A stretch of 64,000 bases of DNA from Nitrospirota bacterium. GTDB lineage: Bacteria; Nitrospirota; JACRHJ01. Within the stretch, counting starts at the first letter, position 1; the number at the start of each line of letters is the position of its first letter. The notes beneath the pieces were generated by a model. The model searched no databases. It saw only the letters and a program-made list of their open reading frames with translations, and was not told the origin of the DNA. Below are positions 20,944-32,389 of this stretch, piece after piece. Position numbers and translations under genes: made by a program. The stretch is from NCBI GenBank assembly GCA_963845245.1, contig CAWJRJ010000024.1:1-64000 (forward strand). The letters are read 5' to 3'.

Positions 20944-22383
20944 ATGGAAGAGACTCTGGGAGAAAAACTGGTAAGAAAGGGGTTTGTCACTACCCAACAG
21001 GTCGAAAAAGCCCTGATGCGGCAGAAACTGCATGGCGGACGCCTTGGGCACAACCTGATCAGCCTTAACTTTATAACCATAGAGAGGCTGCAGGAGTTCT
21101 TCCATTTCAAGCCGCCCATGCCTAAGACCGTCGAGGAAACCGGGCTTTCGCTTGAATTCCTGTCGTCGCTGACGCTCAAGATAATGCTTTATCTCGGCAC
21201 CTTCAGCATGTTCAACATTGCCGAGAGGCTCAAACTCCCCGTGGGCATCGTTGACACCATCATACAGGCCCTGAGGCAGGACAAGTTCTGCGAGGTTAAG
21301 GGCGGCACAGGCTACCAGAGCTTCACGTATTCCTTTACCATCACCGCAGCCGGGAGGCAGCGGGCCATGGAAGAGCTTGATACAAGCCGCTACGTCGGGC
21401 CGGCCCCGGTGACGCTTGAGGCATACACCGGCATCTTCGAATACCAGACGATAAAGAACATCTTCATCAGCGAGGAGAGCGTCCGGAAGGCATTCTCGCC
21501 GTATGTAATAAACGAACAGCTCATGGACCAGCTAGGGCCTGCGGTCAACTCCGGCAAGTCCATATTCCTCTACGGCCCTCCCGGGAACGGGAAGACGGTC
21601 ATTGCCGAGACGATCGGCTCCCTTATGGGGGAGGAGATCTACATACCGTATGCCATCTGCGTAGACCATGAGATAATAAACGTCTACGACCCGATAAGCC
21701 ACAGGGCCGCCCCCGAAGGCGCGCCTGTGATCGTTGCCGAAAGCGGCTTCTGCGACATCTGCAACGAGTTCGACCAGCGCTGGCTGTTATGCCAGAGGCC
21801 TGTCGTGCTGGTCGGCGGCGAGCTTACACTGGGCATGCTGGACCTTGACTTCAACGACGTGTCAAAGTACTACGAGGCCCCAGTGCAGGTAAAGGCCAAC
21901 GGCGGGGTATTCATCATCGACGATTTCGGCAGGCAGATGGTGCGCCCGAGGGAACTCCTCAACCGCTGGATAGTCCCGCTGGAGAGGAGGACGGACTTCC
22001 TGACGCTGCACACCGGGAAAAAGTTCGAGGTGCCCTTCGACGAGCTTGTCATCTTCTCCACGAACATCGAGCCCAGGGAGCTTGTCGACGAGGCGTTCCT
22101 GAGGAGGATCCGGTACAAGATACAGATCACCCACCCGGTACGCAGCGAATACGTGGAGATCTTCAGGCGCATCTGCGAGAACAACGGGCTTGAGTTCAGG
22201 GAGGATATCGTAAAATACCTTCTGGACGAGCATTACGAAAAAACCGGGATAAAGATGAACGCGTGCCACCCCAGGGACATAATCGACCAGATAATAGACA
22301 TATCCAGGTACAAGGAGAAGACGCCGAGGCTGGACAAGGAGATTATCGACGAGGCGTGGAACAACTATTTCGTGGAGATATGA
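20944..22383 (+). CDS. AAA+ ATPase with N-terminal MshEN-like (putative c-di-GMP-binding) domain
   Basis: TLGEKLVRKGFV...ALMRQ-KLHGG-RLGHNLI tandem motif; GPPGNGKT Walker A, FIIDD Walker B, STN sensor, AFLRRI Arg finger. Confidence 0.85.
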   Translation: MEETLGEKLVRKGFVTTQQVEKALMRQKLHGGRLGHNLISLNFITIERLQEFFHFKPPMPKTVEETGLSLEFLSSLTLKIMLYLGTFSMFNIAERLKLPVGIVDTIIQALRQDKFCEVKGGTGYQSFTYSFTITAAGRQRAMEELDTSRYVGPAPVTLEAYTGIFEYQTIKNIFISEESVRKAFSPYVINEQLMDQLGPAVNSGKSIFLYGPPGNGKTVIAETIGSLMGEEIYIPYAICVDHEIINVYDPISHRAAPEGAPVIVAESGFCDICNEFDQRWLLCQRPVVLVGGELTLGMLDLDFNDVSKYYEAPVQVKANGGVFIIDDFGRQMVRPRELLNRWIVPLERRTDFLTLHTGKKFEVPFDELVIFSTNIEPRELVDEAFLRRIRYKIQITHPVRSEYVEIFRRICENNGLEFREDIVKYLLDEHYEKTGIKMNACHPRDIIDQIIDISRYKEKTPRLDKEIIDEAWNNYFVEI

Positions 22384-23827
22384 GAGCCGTCAGGCGGGCG
22401 GGAATGGGGATCCCGGCGGGCGGCGTACTGCGCTCCAATTCCGACATAGCAAGGAAGCAGTCAACCATCCTGTTGATTGTTTTTCCGCTTGTTCATTATA
22501 CTGCGGGCGATCTCGCGGACTTCATCCTCGCCTCTCCCGCCTTCCGCAATCAGCTCCGCCGCCCCGATTACCGCGGCAAGCGGCGATTTCAGGTCATGCG
22601 TGACCATCGCAAGGATGCCGCCCTCTGACGCTCAAGCTTCAGCCGTTCCAGCTCTCCGGCTGCCCTTGACGCAAAGATGGTGAGCACGGACTTGATCAGC
22701 TCCTCGTTGACGAGAGGACGGCTGTGAAGTACCACGAGGATCCCCAACGGCTGGTTTGAGGAATCGAACAGCGGCGTCCCGACGTAGCTCTCAACCCCCA
22801 TCTGGACAAGCATCTCATCTTCGGGGAAAAGGTCTGGACGTTATGGGATAGAACAAGCCCCTTGCCTACGACGTTTTCGCACGGCGTATTGTCCAGGTTA
22901 TAGCTGAAACTATCCGCGAACGCCCTTTTACAAATACGCTTATAACATCAATTTTGCGAGTTTCCCGCTGGAAATCCACATCAAGGGTTTTTGCCAGGTA
23001 CTCCAGCGAATTGAAAAATCCCTCACCCGTCTCCTCGCCGGCAGCGATGTTACGCACGGCGATCTCCTGCTCACGGCGTTATATCCCTGACCACCACCTT
23101 GACGCCGGCAATTATTTCCCCCGAGGAGTTTCTTACCGGGGACGCAGTGATCTCCAGAGTTTTTTCCCGGGTTTCCAAAGCTTTTTATCAGCGTATGGTT
23201 TCTCCGTCCGCAAATGACTCCAACACGGGGCATCCGTCGCAGATCTCTCCTCGCCGTAAACCTCGTAGCATTTTTCGCCTAGGTGCGAACCCTTTATATC
23301 TCGTCAGCGCCTTGTTCTCGTATATGATGTTGAGTTCCCTGTCCTGGATGCTGATGCCCTCCCCTATGCTGCCGAGGACCGCCTCCAGCTTGTTTTTTTC
23401 CTCCAGGAGGGCGGACTCGGCCTTTTTTCTCTCCACCTCAAGGCGCCGCTGCCTTACGGCCTGCTCTATTGAGTTTATTATCCTTGTAAAATGCGCAAAG
23501 CTGATGTCCTTGGTAAAATAATCGCTGGCCCCGTTCTTGAACGCCTCCCTTGCGAAGCCCTTCATTTCCCTGGCCGGTAACGAATATAAACGGTATGTCC
23601 AGACCCATCCCCCTCACAAACGATAGGAGCTGCATCCCGTTCATAATGGGCATCTGGTAGTCTGAGAGTATGCAGTCGGTTTTCCCGTTCCTCAGGTGTT
23701 CCAGGCAGTCCACGCCCGCCTCGAACGTCTTTATCTCGAAACCGGGGGCTTCCTTCTGAAGCTTCATCTTCATGAAAGTCGCAACTTCGGCCTGATCGTC
23801 AACTATAACAACCCTTATCATCTCCAT
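22384..23827 (-). pseudogene. Degraded REC-PAS-GAF-HisKA sensor; HATPase domain absent
   Basis: REC (23438-23827), PAS and GAF fragments (TPCENVV, YVGTPL), H-box MVTHDLKSPL at ~22580-22610, then runs into the ATPase 3' end; multi-codon gaps. Confidence 0.7.
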
Positions 23828-23833
23828 ATCCTA

Positions 23834-24426
23834 TTACCCTGCCTCGCATGCTGTGATGACGCCTATAGGGGTCCCGGCACTGTCTTTTACGGCTATAGAG
23901 GTAAGGACCACTGGGAAGAGTTCTCCATTTTTCATGACATTGGTTGCAATACGTTTCCAGGCGCCGGAGCTGTATATCTGGTCGAAAGAGCGCTGTTTCC
24001 ACATGCCCTGGGGGGCCAGGACCTTGGCGTCCCGCCCTATCAGTTCGTCAACCGAATAACCGTGCATGCATGCATCGGCCGGATTTGTGTAGATGATCTT
24101 GCCTGTAAGGTCACTAATGGTTATCCCTATGGGCAAAGACTCGACCGCCCTTGCAAGCTCTTCATTACCCTGACCAGTAAAGAATATGAACGGTATGCCG
24201 CATCCGATATCTTTCAACTCAGCAGGAGCCCCATGCCGTCCATACCGGGCATCTGATAGTCGGACAAAATACAATCGACTTCGTTTTTCTTCAGATAATC
24301 CAGGCATTCGTGGCCTCCGCCTCTTATTACTATTTTAAAATGCGGCGCCTCGGACATTAGCTTCATCTTCATGAAGCGCCCGATTTCTGGCTCATCATCT
24401 ACAATTAGTATTCTTATACATTCCAA
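23834..24426 (-). pseudogene. Truncated REC-PAS protein, paralogous to the downstream receiver
   Basis: IVDD...CILSDYQMP...PFIFFTGQGNEE fused directly to a PAS domain, receiver C-terminal part missing; frameshift ~24215. Confidence 0.65.
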
Positions 24427-24539
24427 AATAAATATTCCTATTATTATTAGTGATGGTTATTGCAAGCAGCATATTATGGCACAAAAACATAAAGGTCAAG
24501 TTTTTTAGCTAAACCTTTTGTATTCTCAGCCGAAACATC

Positions 24540-24569
24540 TTGACAGCTAAACGGTTTTGATGGTAATTT
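24540..24569 (+). promoter_or_regulatory. sigma70-type promoter of tRNA-Leu
   Basis: TTGACA at 24540; TGGTAATTT extended -10-like element just upstream of the tRNA. Confidence 0.55.
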
Positions 24570-24585
24570 AACGGTTCAGCAGAAT

Positions 24586-24672
24586 GCCGAAATGGTGAAA
24601 TTGGTAGACACGCTAGGTTCAGGGTCTAGTGGGCGCAAGCCCATGGGGGTTCGAGTCCCCCTTTCGGCACCA
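24586..24672 (+). tRNA. tRNA-Leu (CAG)
   Basis: GCCGAAA acceptor stem, TGGTAGAC D-loop, anticodon loop TTCAGGG, long variable arm, GGTTCGAGTCC, encoded CCA. Confidence 0.97.
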
Positions 24673-24919
24673 AAAATATCCCACTAAATCACAATGTTGA
24701 ATATACGAGATAGGCGGTATTCGCAGGACTTTCTCAAAAGGTCTCCGGCGATGGCCGCCTTTCTTATTTTGTGCTGCACAAAGCCCTCACCGAAATAACA
24801 CCTGAAGTAATATTTGTTTAATGTATTGGATGCTACAATTCTGGAAAACATTTGGAGTGGATGCGTGGCGGCCGGGAATACTTAGAACTTAAAGATGTAG
24901 TATCTGAGCCATACTTTGC

Positions 24920-25240
24920 CTAACTCTGACCTACCTGTATCACCGCGCCCCCAACGACGATGATGGCTAGGCCTATCCATGTCGTGAGCGGGATCGTTTC
25001 CTTGAACACGAAACGGCCCGCCAGGATGCTTACCACCGCAAAGACGGCGACGTAGACCCCCAGCAGCCTGGAGAAATCCCACTTGACCGTATTAACCACC
25101 ACGCCGTAGCAACCCAGCATCAGGAAACCGGAGACTATGAACCAGACCATGCTTCCGCGAAGCCCCTTCCTGATGACGGCATCGCCGCCTACTTCCAAAA
25201 CGGCCGCGGCTATAAATATGAACCATGCAACTAATGTCAT
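24920..25240 (-). CDS. Small 4-TM SMR/YnfA-like membrane protein
   Basis: 106 aa, four hydrophobic helices, AAVLEVGGD with Glu in TM1. Confidence 0.7.
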   Translation of the reverse strand: MTLVAWFIFIAAAVLEVGGDAVIRKGLRGSMVWFIVSGFLMLGCYGVVVNTVKWDFSRLLGVYVAVFAVVSILAGRFVFKETIPLTTWIGLAIIVVGGAVIQVGQS

Positions 25241-25271
25241 ACTGGTACCTTTCTTTCTTGTTTTTGTTTAT

Positions 25272-27085
25272 CTAATGCGCCGGCCCGCGGTGGATGATCA
25301 ACAGTATCAGAAGCAGGAGGATAATCACAGCTGCCGACACGCCCAGTAAAATCCAGAGCGTTTTCTGCCTGCCGTGCTTCCACTGTGACGGCTTCTGCAG
25401 CCGGTCGCACCTTCCGGTCAGTTGCACGGCCGCCGGATTGTCCAGGTCCGCCTTCATCGCCGCGGCCGACGGGTAACGTTTCCTCGGCTCCCGTTCCATG
25501 GCGTGGAGTATTATCTCCTCGACCTGCGGCGAGACGTTCGGGTTGCGTTTACGCGGGGCGACCGGGTCGCCGGTGACGCGGGCGTTCATGATCACGAACG
25601 GGTTCTCGTTCTCGCACTCAAACGGCGCCATGCCGACCACCATCTCATAGAGCATGGCGCCAAGGCTGTAGATGTCGGTCCGCTCGTCCCCGCGCTTCCC
25701 TCTTGACCTGCTCGGGGGCCATGTAGTCGGGCGTGCCCACCGCCGGGGTGAAGCCGGTGAACGTGATCCGCCTGCCCTCCGCGGCCTTGGCTATGCCGAA
25801 GTCCATGATCCGTATAGTGCCGTCATAGCAGATCATGATGTTCTGCGGCTTGAGGTCGCGGTGGACGACGCCGTGCCCGTGCATGTAAGATCAAGGCCTC
25901 GCATATGCGGCCGGCAAGCTTGACCGCGTCCTTTTCGGGCATCGGGCGGACGCTGTGTAAGCAGGTGCGCGAGCGTATAGCCGCGGAGGTACTCGGTCAC
26001 GATGTACGGCCGGCTGCGTTGTCCCTCCTCCACGGGTATGAATTTCAGGATGTAGGGATGGTGCAAGGCGGCACCCGATCTCTTCCTCTCGCTGGAACCG
26101 CGCATAAAAGCCGGGGTCGCTCTCAAACTCCATGAACGGCACCTTTACCGCCACGGTCTCCTTGGTCTTCTGGTCGGTCGCCTTGAATATGGTCGCCATG
26201 CCGCTGCGGCTTATGGTCTCAGTGATGAGGAAACGGTCGTCCAGGGTCTGCCCGGCCTGGAGTTCGTAACGGGTCGTCGGGTCCGCCGTGCTCGTGATAC
26301 ATCGGCACGCCGCGGTAATAGGACATCTTCTCGACGTCGTTGATTTGCAGGACCTGCACGGAAAGGTTGTCGTCGGTGCCGCGCTGCTCGGCCAGGGCGA
26401 CGAGCTGGCGGCAGGCCTGGGCCGGAGAATGGCGCGACACGATGTCGGCGATCTCGCTGTCGGCAACGTGCGCGTACAGGCCGTCGGAGCAGAGCACGAC
26501 CCGGTCGCCCTTGAACACCGTGGTGCTCTCCACATCTACCCTGATCACCGGCTCATGCCCGACGCTGCGGGTCAGGATGGAGCGGTTTTCGCTGGTCTTG
26601 GCGTCCTGTTCGGAGATCAGCCCGAACTTTTGCTGCATGCCGGTGTATGTATGGTCGGTGGACAGCTGCCTGATCTCGGCCTTGCGCACCAGGTAGACGC
26701 GCGAATCCCCGACGTTGCCCACCACGATCTCGTCGTTTCGCAACACGACGACGGCGAGGGTCGTCGCCATGCGGGACTTGCCGTGGTCCTCCATGCCTTT
26801 GTCGTAGACCGCAAGGTTGGCCGCGTTGAACATCTGGGTGATGAGCTGCTGCGGGGTGTTTTCCCCGGGGCCTCGCGGAACGTCTTCAGCGCAGTCTCCA
26901 CCGCCAGCCGGCTGGCAACCTCGCCGTAGTGCAGCCCGCCGACGCCGTCGGCCAGCACGGCCACCGCGCCGCGGCTGCGCTTCTCTTCCAGGGTCTCGCG
27001 GCTGCCAGAAGCCGACGAAGTCCTCGTTGTTTTCGCGGGCCGGTCCGGGTGAAGAAAGTTCTGCGTAGATTAGTTCCATAGTCAA
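25272..27085 (-). CDS. Bifunctional PP2C phosphatase / Hanks Ser-Thr kinase with C-terminal TM helix; several apparent frameshifts
   Basis: PP2C motifs RENNED, ADGVGG, VGDSR, CSDGL, DDN; kinase motifs [24 protein letters not shown]. No start/RBS evident between the domains. Confidence 0.85.
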
Positions 27086-27133
27086 ATCACTATATCAGTT
27101 TTTTTGACGCAATATAAAGCACGCAGTGCAAAA

Positions 27134-27169
27134 AGGACGGCCACCCGCAAGGGTGACCGTCCTGTTTTT
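27134..27169. terminator. Intrinsic terminator between the APC permease and the kinase/phosphatase gene
   Basis: AGGACGGCCACCC-GCAA-GGGTGACCGTCCT hairpin with A and T tracts either side. Confidence 0.75.
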
Positions 27170-27192
27170 CCTTTGGGGAATCGTCCCAGCCC

Positions 27193-29098
27193 TTATGAAC
27201 GGGTTGTTGCAGGTTTGCTGCTCAGAAGCACTTCCTTGCCCTTGGCCTTGCTCGACCGCAGGAAGTAGACGGCACCGTAGATGCCCCAGAGCCCGCAGAC
27301 GCCCAGCGCGATGTACGGCTCCTTCCAGCTCATGCCGGCTACCGTGAACGGGCCGACGAGGTAGAAGAGCATGATCACCAGGTTCGCCAGCAGGCCCAGC
27401 ACCGGGTATGACCACGTGCTTGATGCCGTTGAAGCTGTGGTGCTCCTTGAAGGCCACCATGGCGATCCAGCAGGTGATCATGTAGAGCAGGAACGTGCCG
27501 AAGTTGCTGACCAGCGTGACGATGACGAGCGTGTTCGGGAGCTTCGCGTAGGTCTCCGGCGAGAAGATGCCGAAGCTGTACCAGATGTTGTGCTTGTCCA
27601 GGACCGCGGGCGTCGTGCCGCCCAGGTAGACCGACACCGTGATGATGCCGATGATGGCCGAGATCACGGCCAGCGTCCAGATGGCGCGGTAGGGCGACGC
27701 CGTCTTGCCGTGCAGCAGACCGAAGTGCGACGGCACTTCGTCGTCGCGGCCCATCGCGTAGGTGACGCGGGCGCCGGTGGAGAGGCATGACAGCGTCGTG
27801 CCGATGAGCGCCAGGAAGACCGTGAAGGCCTGCACCAGCATGAACGCCCTGCCCGCCGCGTAGCTGCCGAAGAGCCAGGTGCCGACGATGACCATCATGT
27901 CGCCGATCGGCGCGCCGGAGGCGCCCGGCCATGCGGCATCGTGTAGCCGTTGTGCAGCAAGTAGTTGGCGGCGAAGTACTCGATCAGGTAGCAGACGGCG
28001 CCCTGGATAACCAGGGACAGGAGCACCGCGCGCGGTATGTCCTTCTTGGGGTGCTTCGCCTCCTCGCCCATCGCGGTCACCGACTCGAACCCGACCAGTA
28101 TCAGGATCGCTATGGCCGCCTGGATGAAGATGAAGTTGAACCCGTGCGGCGAGACGACCGACTTGGCGGACGAGTGGTAGTTGAACACGGGGTTGCCCTT
28201 GTCGTCCTTCGTTATCGCCCCGTCGACATAGTCGACGGTAAACGGCGCGGCGAGCTTCGGGTCCGTTACGGCCTTGCCGTCCTTGTCGGCCGGTACCGGC
28301 ATGTCCGTCTTGTCGTCCTTAGCGTCCTGCATCTGGTAGACCGGTTTGCCGTCCTTGTCCATGGTCGGCTTGCCGTTCGCGTCCATCACCGGCGTCGGGT
28401 TCCCTTTATCGTCCTTCACGGGTGTCTGGGCCACCTGGTAGTTCACGGCGATGCCGTTTGAAAGGTGGTAGCCGGTCGAGCCCTGCGGGTGCTGGAGGTG
28501 GTAGCCGATGGCTATCACGGAGAAGACCAGCAGCGCCGATATCTGTACTACATTTATCACCACGTTGACGGCCGTCGTGCCTGTCACGCCGCGATATGCG
28601 ATGTATGCCACGCCGAGCGCGAAGAGCTATGCAGAACAGTGTCATGAATAGCGGGCTGCCGTAGCTGCCGCTAAAGGTGTCCGGCAGAAACTGGGCGAGA
28701 AGGAACCCGCTCAGGATCGCCGTCACGCCGACCATAACACCGGGGTATACCCAGTAGTACAGGTGGCTCGCCCATCCGGTTATGAACTTTGCGACGCGGG
28801 CGAACTTGTACGCGTGCGTCTTTGAGAGGAACGCCTGCTCCGCATAAAGGTACGATGAACCCGGGCCCGGATACAGCTTCGACAGCTCCGCATAGCTGAT
28901 TGCCGTGGCAAGGCACAGAAGAAGCGCAAAGAGTATGCCGAACCACATGGAGATGCCGGCCATCGGCGCTCCGTAAAGCGACTGCATTTGGAATGTCAGC
29001 CACAGGAACGCTCCGGGCGCTATCAGCGCCATTGCGTTCATAGTCAGACCCGTCAGACCCAGAGTCCCCCTTGTGACCGGTGTTTGTTCGTTTGCCAT
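27193..29098 (-). CDS. APC-family amino acid/polyamine permease with large inserted loop; 3 apparent frameshifts
   Basis: YAELSKLYPGPGSSY.Y, GFESVTAMGEEAKHPKKDIPRA, RVTYAMGRD motifs across ORFs 28406-29098, 27895-28611, 27095-27898 and 27193-27402. Confidence 0.88.
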
Positions 29099-29172
29099 AA
29101 TGTCCTCCTGATTTTTTACTTCTGAGGCAGTTGCCTGCCTATCCTGCGTTACAACCTGCGCGGACGCCTTTG

Positions 29173-29511
<339 letters not shown>

Positions 29512-29523
29512 TTATCGTCTCCC

Positions 29524-31225
29524 TTACACCATCTCAATGTGAGACGCTCTTGATGTTGAAGTCAGGATATGCCTTGACCGCTACCTCTAACATGTCGAGC
29601 CCTTCCCACTCAACCTCCGGCGGTCACCCTGAGGCCCATGACCTTGTCGAGCACTTTAAAAAATACCCAGGAGATCGCGAATATGACTACGATGTTGGTT
29701 ACGGTGCCTATACATTCCGCTACGAGCTGTGAGCTGTCTCCATATAAATAGGCCCGTGACGTTCCCTGCCACGCCGTTTAACCCGTCACCATATTGGCCA
29801 TCAGCAAAAAGGCCGAGGGCCAGTGCGCCCCATGCGCCGTTAGTCCCGTGCACGGAGATCGCACCTACCGGGTCGTCTACCTTGAGCATGCGCTCTACAA
29901 AGAATACTGATATGCAACACAGTACGCCCGCATGACCAGGCCGACCAACACGGCGACGGGGGCGGTGACAAAGGCGCACGGCGCGGTGATTGCGACCAGG
30001 CCCGCGAGGAAACCGTTGGCAATCAGGCTGATATCGGGCTTGCCGTAACGCATCCACATGTAGAACATTGCGGAGAAAGCACCGCCCGCACTGGCAAGCA
30101 TGGTGTTCGTGGCTACCACGCCTATCCTCAGGTCGGTGCCGGCGAGGGTGGAGCCTGCATTGAACCCGAACCAGCCGAAGGCCAGGATGAAGCAGCCAAC
30201 GACCGCCATCGGGATATGATGACCGGGTATCGCGTTCGGCGAGCCGTCCTTGTTGAACTTGCCGATCCGTGGCCCAAGCACCATTGCACCTGCGAGCGCA
30301 ATGACGCCGCCGGTCAGATGGACGACGGATGAACCCGCAAAGTCAACGTGGCCATGCCCAAGCCCGAAGTTCTTGCCGAGCTGGCTGAGAGCCAGCCGCC
30401 GCCCCACACCCAGTTGCCGTAGAGGGGATATATGAGCTCCAGAAAGAAGAATGCCGTAAACCACGAACGACTTGAAGTTCCACCGTCTCCGCCATTGCGC
30501 CGGTCGGGATTGTTGCCGTGGTGTCCATGAACACCATCTGGAACAGGAACAGGGCAAATATCGAGCGTCATACGTGTCGCCGGAGAGGAAGAAGCCCTTC
30601 AGTCCGAACAGGCCGAAGTCGTGGCCGAAGCAGGTGCAATGTAAACTCGTGGTTAAGACGTCGCGCATCCACCCAGGCGACGCCACTCCGCCTACACCGC
30701 CCATCTGGATGTGCAAAACCCATGATCCAGTAGCCCAGCACGCCGAGCGCGTATACCATGAAGTTCATCGCCATGGTGTGTCCGGCGTTCTTCGCGCGGG
30801 TGAAAGCCGGTCTCGACCATCGCGAACCCGGCCTGCATGAACATGACCAGGAAGCCCGCGACGAGCGTCCATACGACAGTTGATTGAAATGCGGTTGTGG
30901 CCGATCGTATCCGCAAGCTTTAGCCGCAAGCGGCTCGGACTTGCCAAGCTTGGTTATCTCGTCGGCCGTCGGTGCACCTGCGCTTGCACCCGGCAACATC
31001 GCCGACGCCGCCGGTGTTTGCGCCGGACGGGTCGGCCTTGGGCTCTGCCGGAACCGCAGTTGCGGCGGCAGGGGCGGGAGCGGCTGCTGGGGACGGGGCT
31101 GCGGTAGTCGTGCCGCTCATGGCCGGGGCGTCTGGCTTGTCTTCAGAGAAGGCAAATGCCGCCAGCCCCAGTAGTAGCACCAGACTCAGCGCTATATAAA
31201 TCGGTATCTTTCTGAATTTTTTCAC
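29524..31225 (-). CDS. amtB: Ammonium transporter (multiple apparent frameshifts)
   Basis: LVMFMQAGFAMVE, DFAGSSVVH, GPRIGKF, FGWFGFNAGS, NGFLAGLVAITA, DDPVGAISVHG; both pore His present; signal peptide and Ala/Pro linker. Confidence 0.95.
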
Positions 31226-31316
31226 TTCTATTCTCCTTTTAATTCCCAGTTTCTTTTGGGTAAAAGAAACTGGACAATGAAAACCTGCGATTAAAGTACC
31301 CGCTGTTGAAGGTCTG

Positions 31317-32082
31317 TTATGGGTAGTTGATATCCACCTGCAGGGTGAAGGTCGGTTGGCCGCCGGTCGCCTTCCTTGCATAGATGTCATAACCCGCCAG
31401 CACCGAGACGTTCTTGGCGAAGGCCCATGACGCGCCGAAACTGTATGCGCCGTATGCGTTGTTGCCGCCCTGGTAGTCCGCGCCCAGCCAGAGCTTGTCC
31501 GATATCTCCGTCATGGTGCGGTCCCACGATACAAGCACGCCGCTGTTGTCCGTCTTGCCGTGCTGGTCCTTGAAGTTAACGTTTCCGCCGTTGCGCGATG
31601 TACCCGCCTGCCGATATCCTGCCGATTACCGGGAGGGTCCTTGCAACAAGGCCATACGTTATATCCTGCTGGGTATTGTGGATAAGGCTGCCGCCGCGCG
31701 TGCCTACGTTATATATGCCGACCGCTATCGCGGGCGAATACTTGAACAGCGAATCCTCGGGCGTGCCGACCTTCGCGTTAAAATAGACCGGGTTGTCGTC
31801 ATAAGCAGTGCCGTAACGGATGTAATCTACGCCGACTTCCATCTGGAGCTTCTCGAAAGGCAGCACGCCTGCCGTTATGCCACCGTCCCAGACTATCGGA
31901 GCATAGACACCGTCGGTTTTCTGGGTCCTTATATAGGTATCAAAACCGAAATGCACAGTCTTGTACGCCTGGATGTCCGTGGAGGGTATCCATATCTGGG
32001 TCGAAGGCGTCGCCGTCGCGACCCCGGATACTGCTATGACGATAATCGCCGATAAAAACAAAGAGCCTATTAACTTTTTCAT
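31317..32082 (-). CDS. Exported, probable outer-membrane beta-barrel protein; apparent frameshift ~31590
   Basis: Signal peptide; alternating aromatic/Gly beta-strand patterns; ends FTLQVDINYP; first gene of the amt operon. Confidence 0.6.
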
Positions 32083-32202
32083 TTTTCCTGATTCTCCCTT
32101 TCTTTAATTTCAGTCAATAATGTATGCAACTTCACTTGAATGCGGCCCTGCTCACCTCCCCTCGTTTTATAAGACATATGGTTTCTTGTTACATAAATGT
32201 AT

Positions 32203-32218
32203 TACAAGCATCATGCCA
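32203..32218 (-). promoter_or_regulatory. sigma54 (-24/-12) promoter of the porin-amtB-glnK operon
   Basis: TGGCATG-ATGC-TTGTA; correct spacing, but -12 GC replaced by GT. Confidence 0.7.
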
Positions 32219-32294
32219 GCAAAGTGTACGCAGCTTTAATCCATATAAAACAATGTGTTGCCAATTATGATTGTAAAAAAACATGAAAAAGGCT

Positions 32295-32358
32295 GGTGAG
32301 TCATGCTACAAAATTGTATCTTTTGATACCAGCTTGTCGGGTTATTACAAAATTGTCG
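32295..32358. promoter_or_regulatory. Tandem NifA-type upstream activator sequences
   Basis: GGT-N10-ACA, TGT-N10-ACC and TGT-N9-ACA at ~20-bp period; TACAAAATTGT occurs twice. Confidence 0.6.
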
Positions 32359-32389
32359 CTTCATAAATGTGTGGAGAGAAGAAGGAGTT

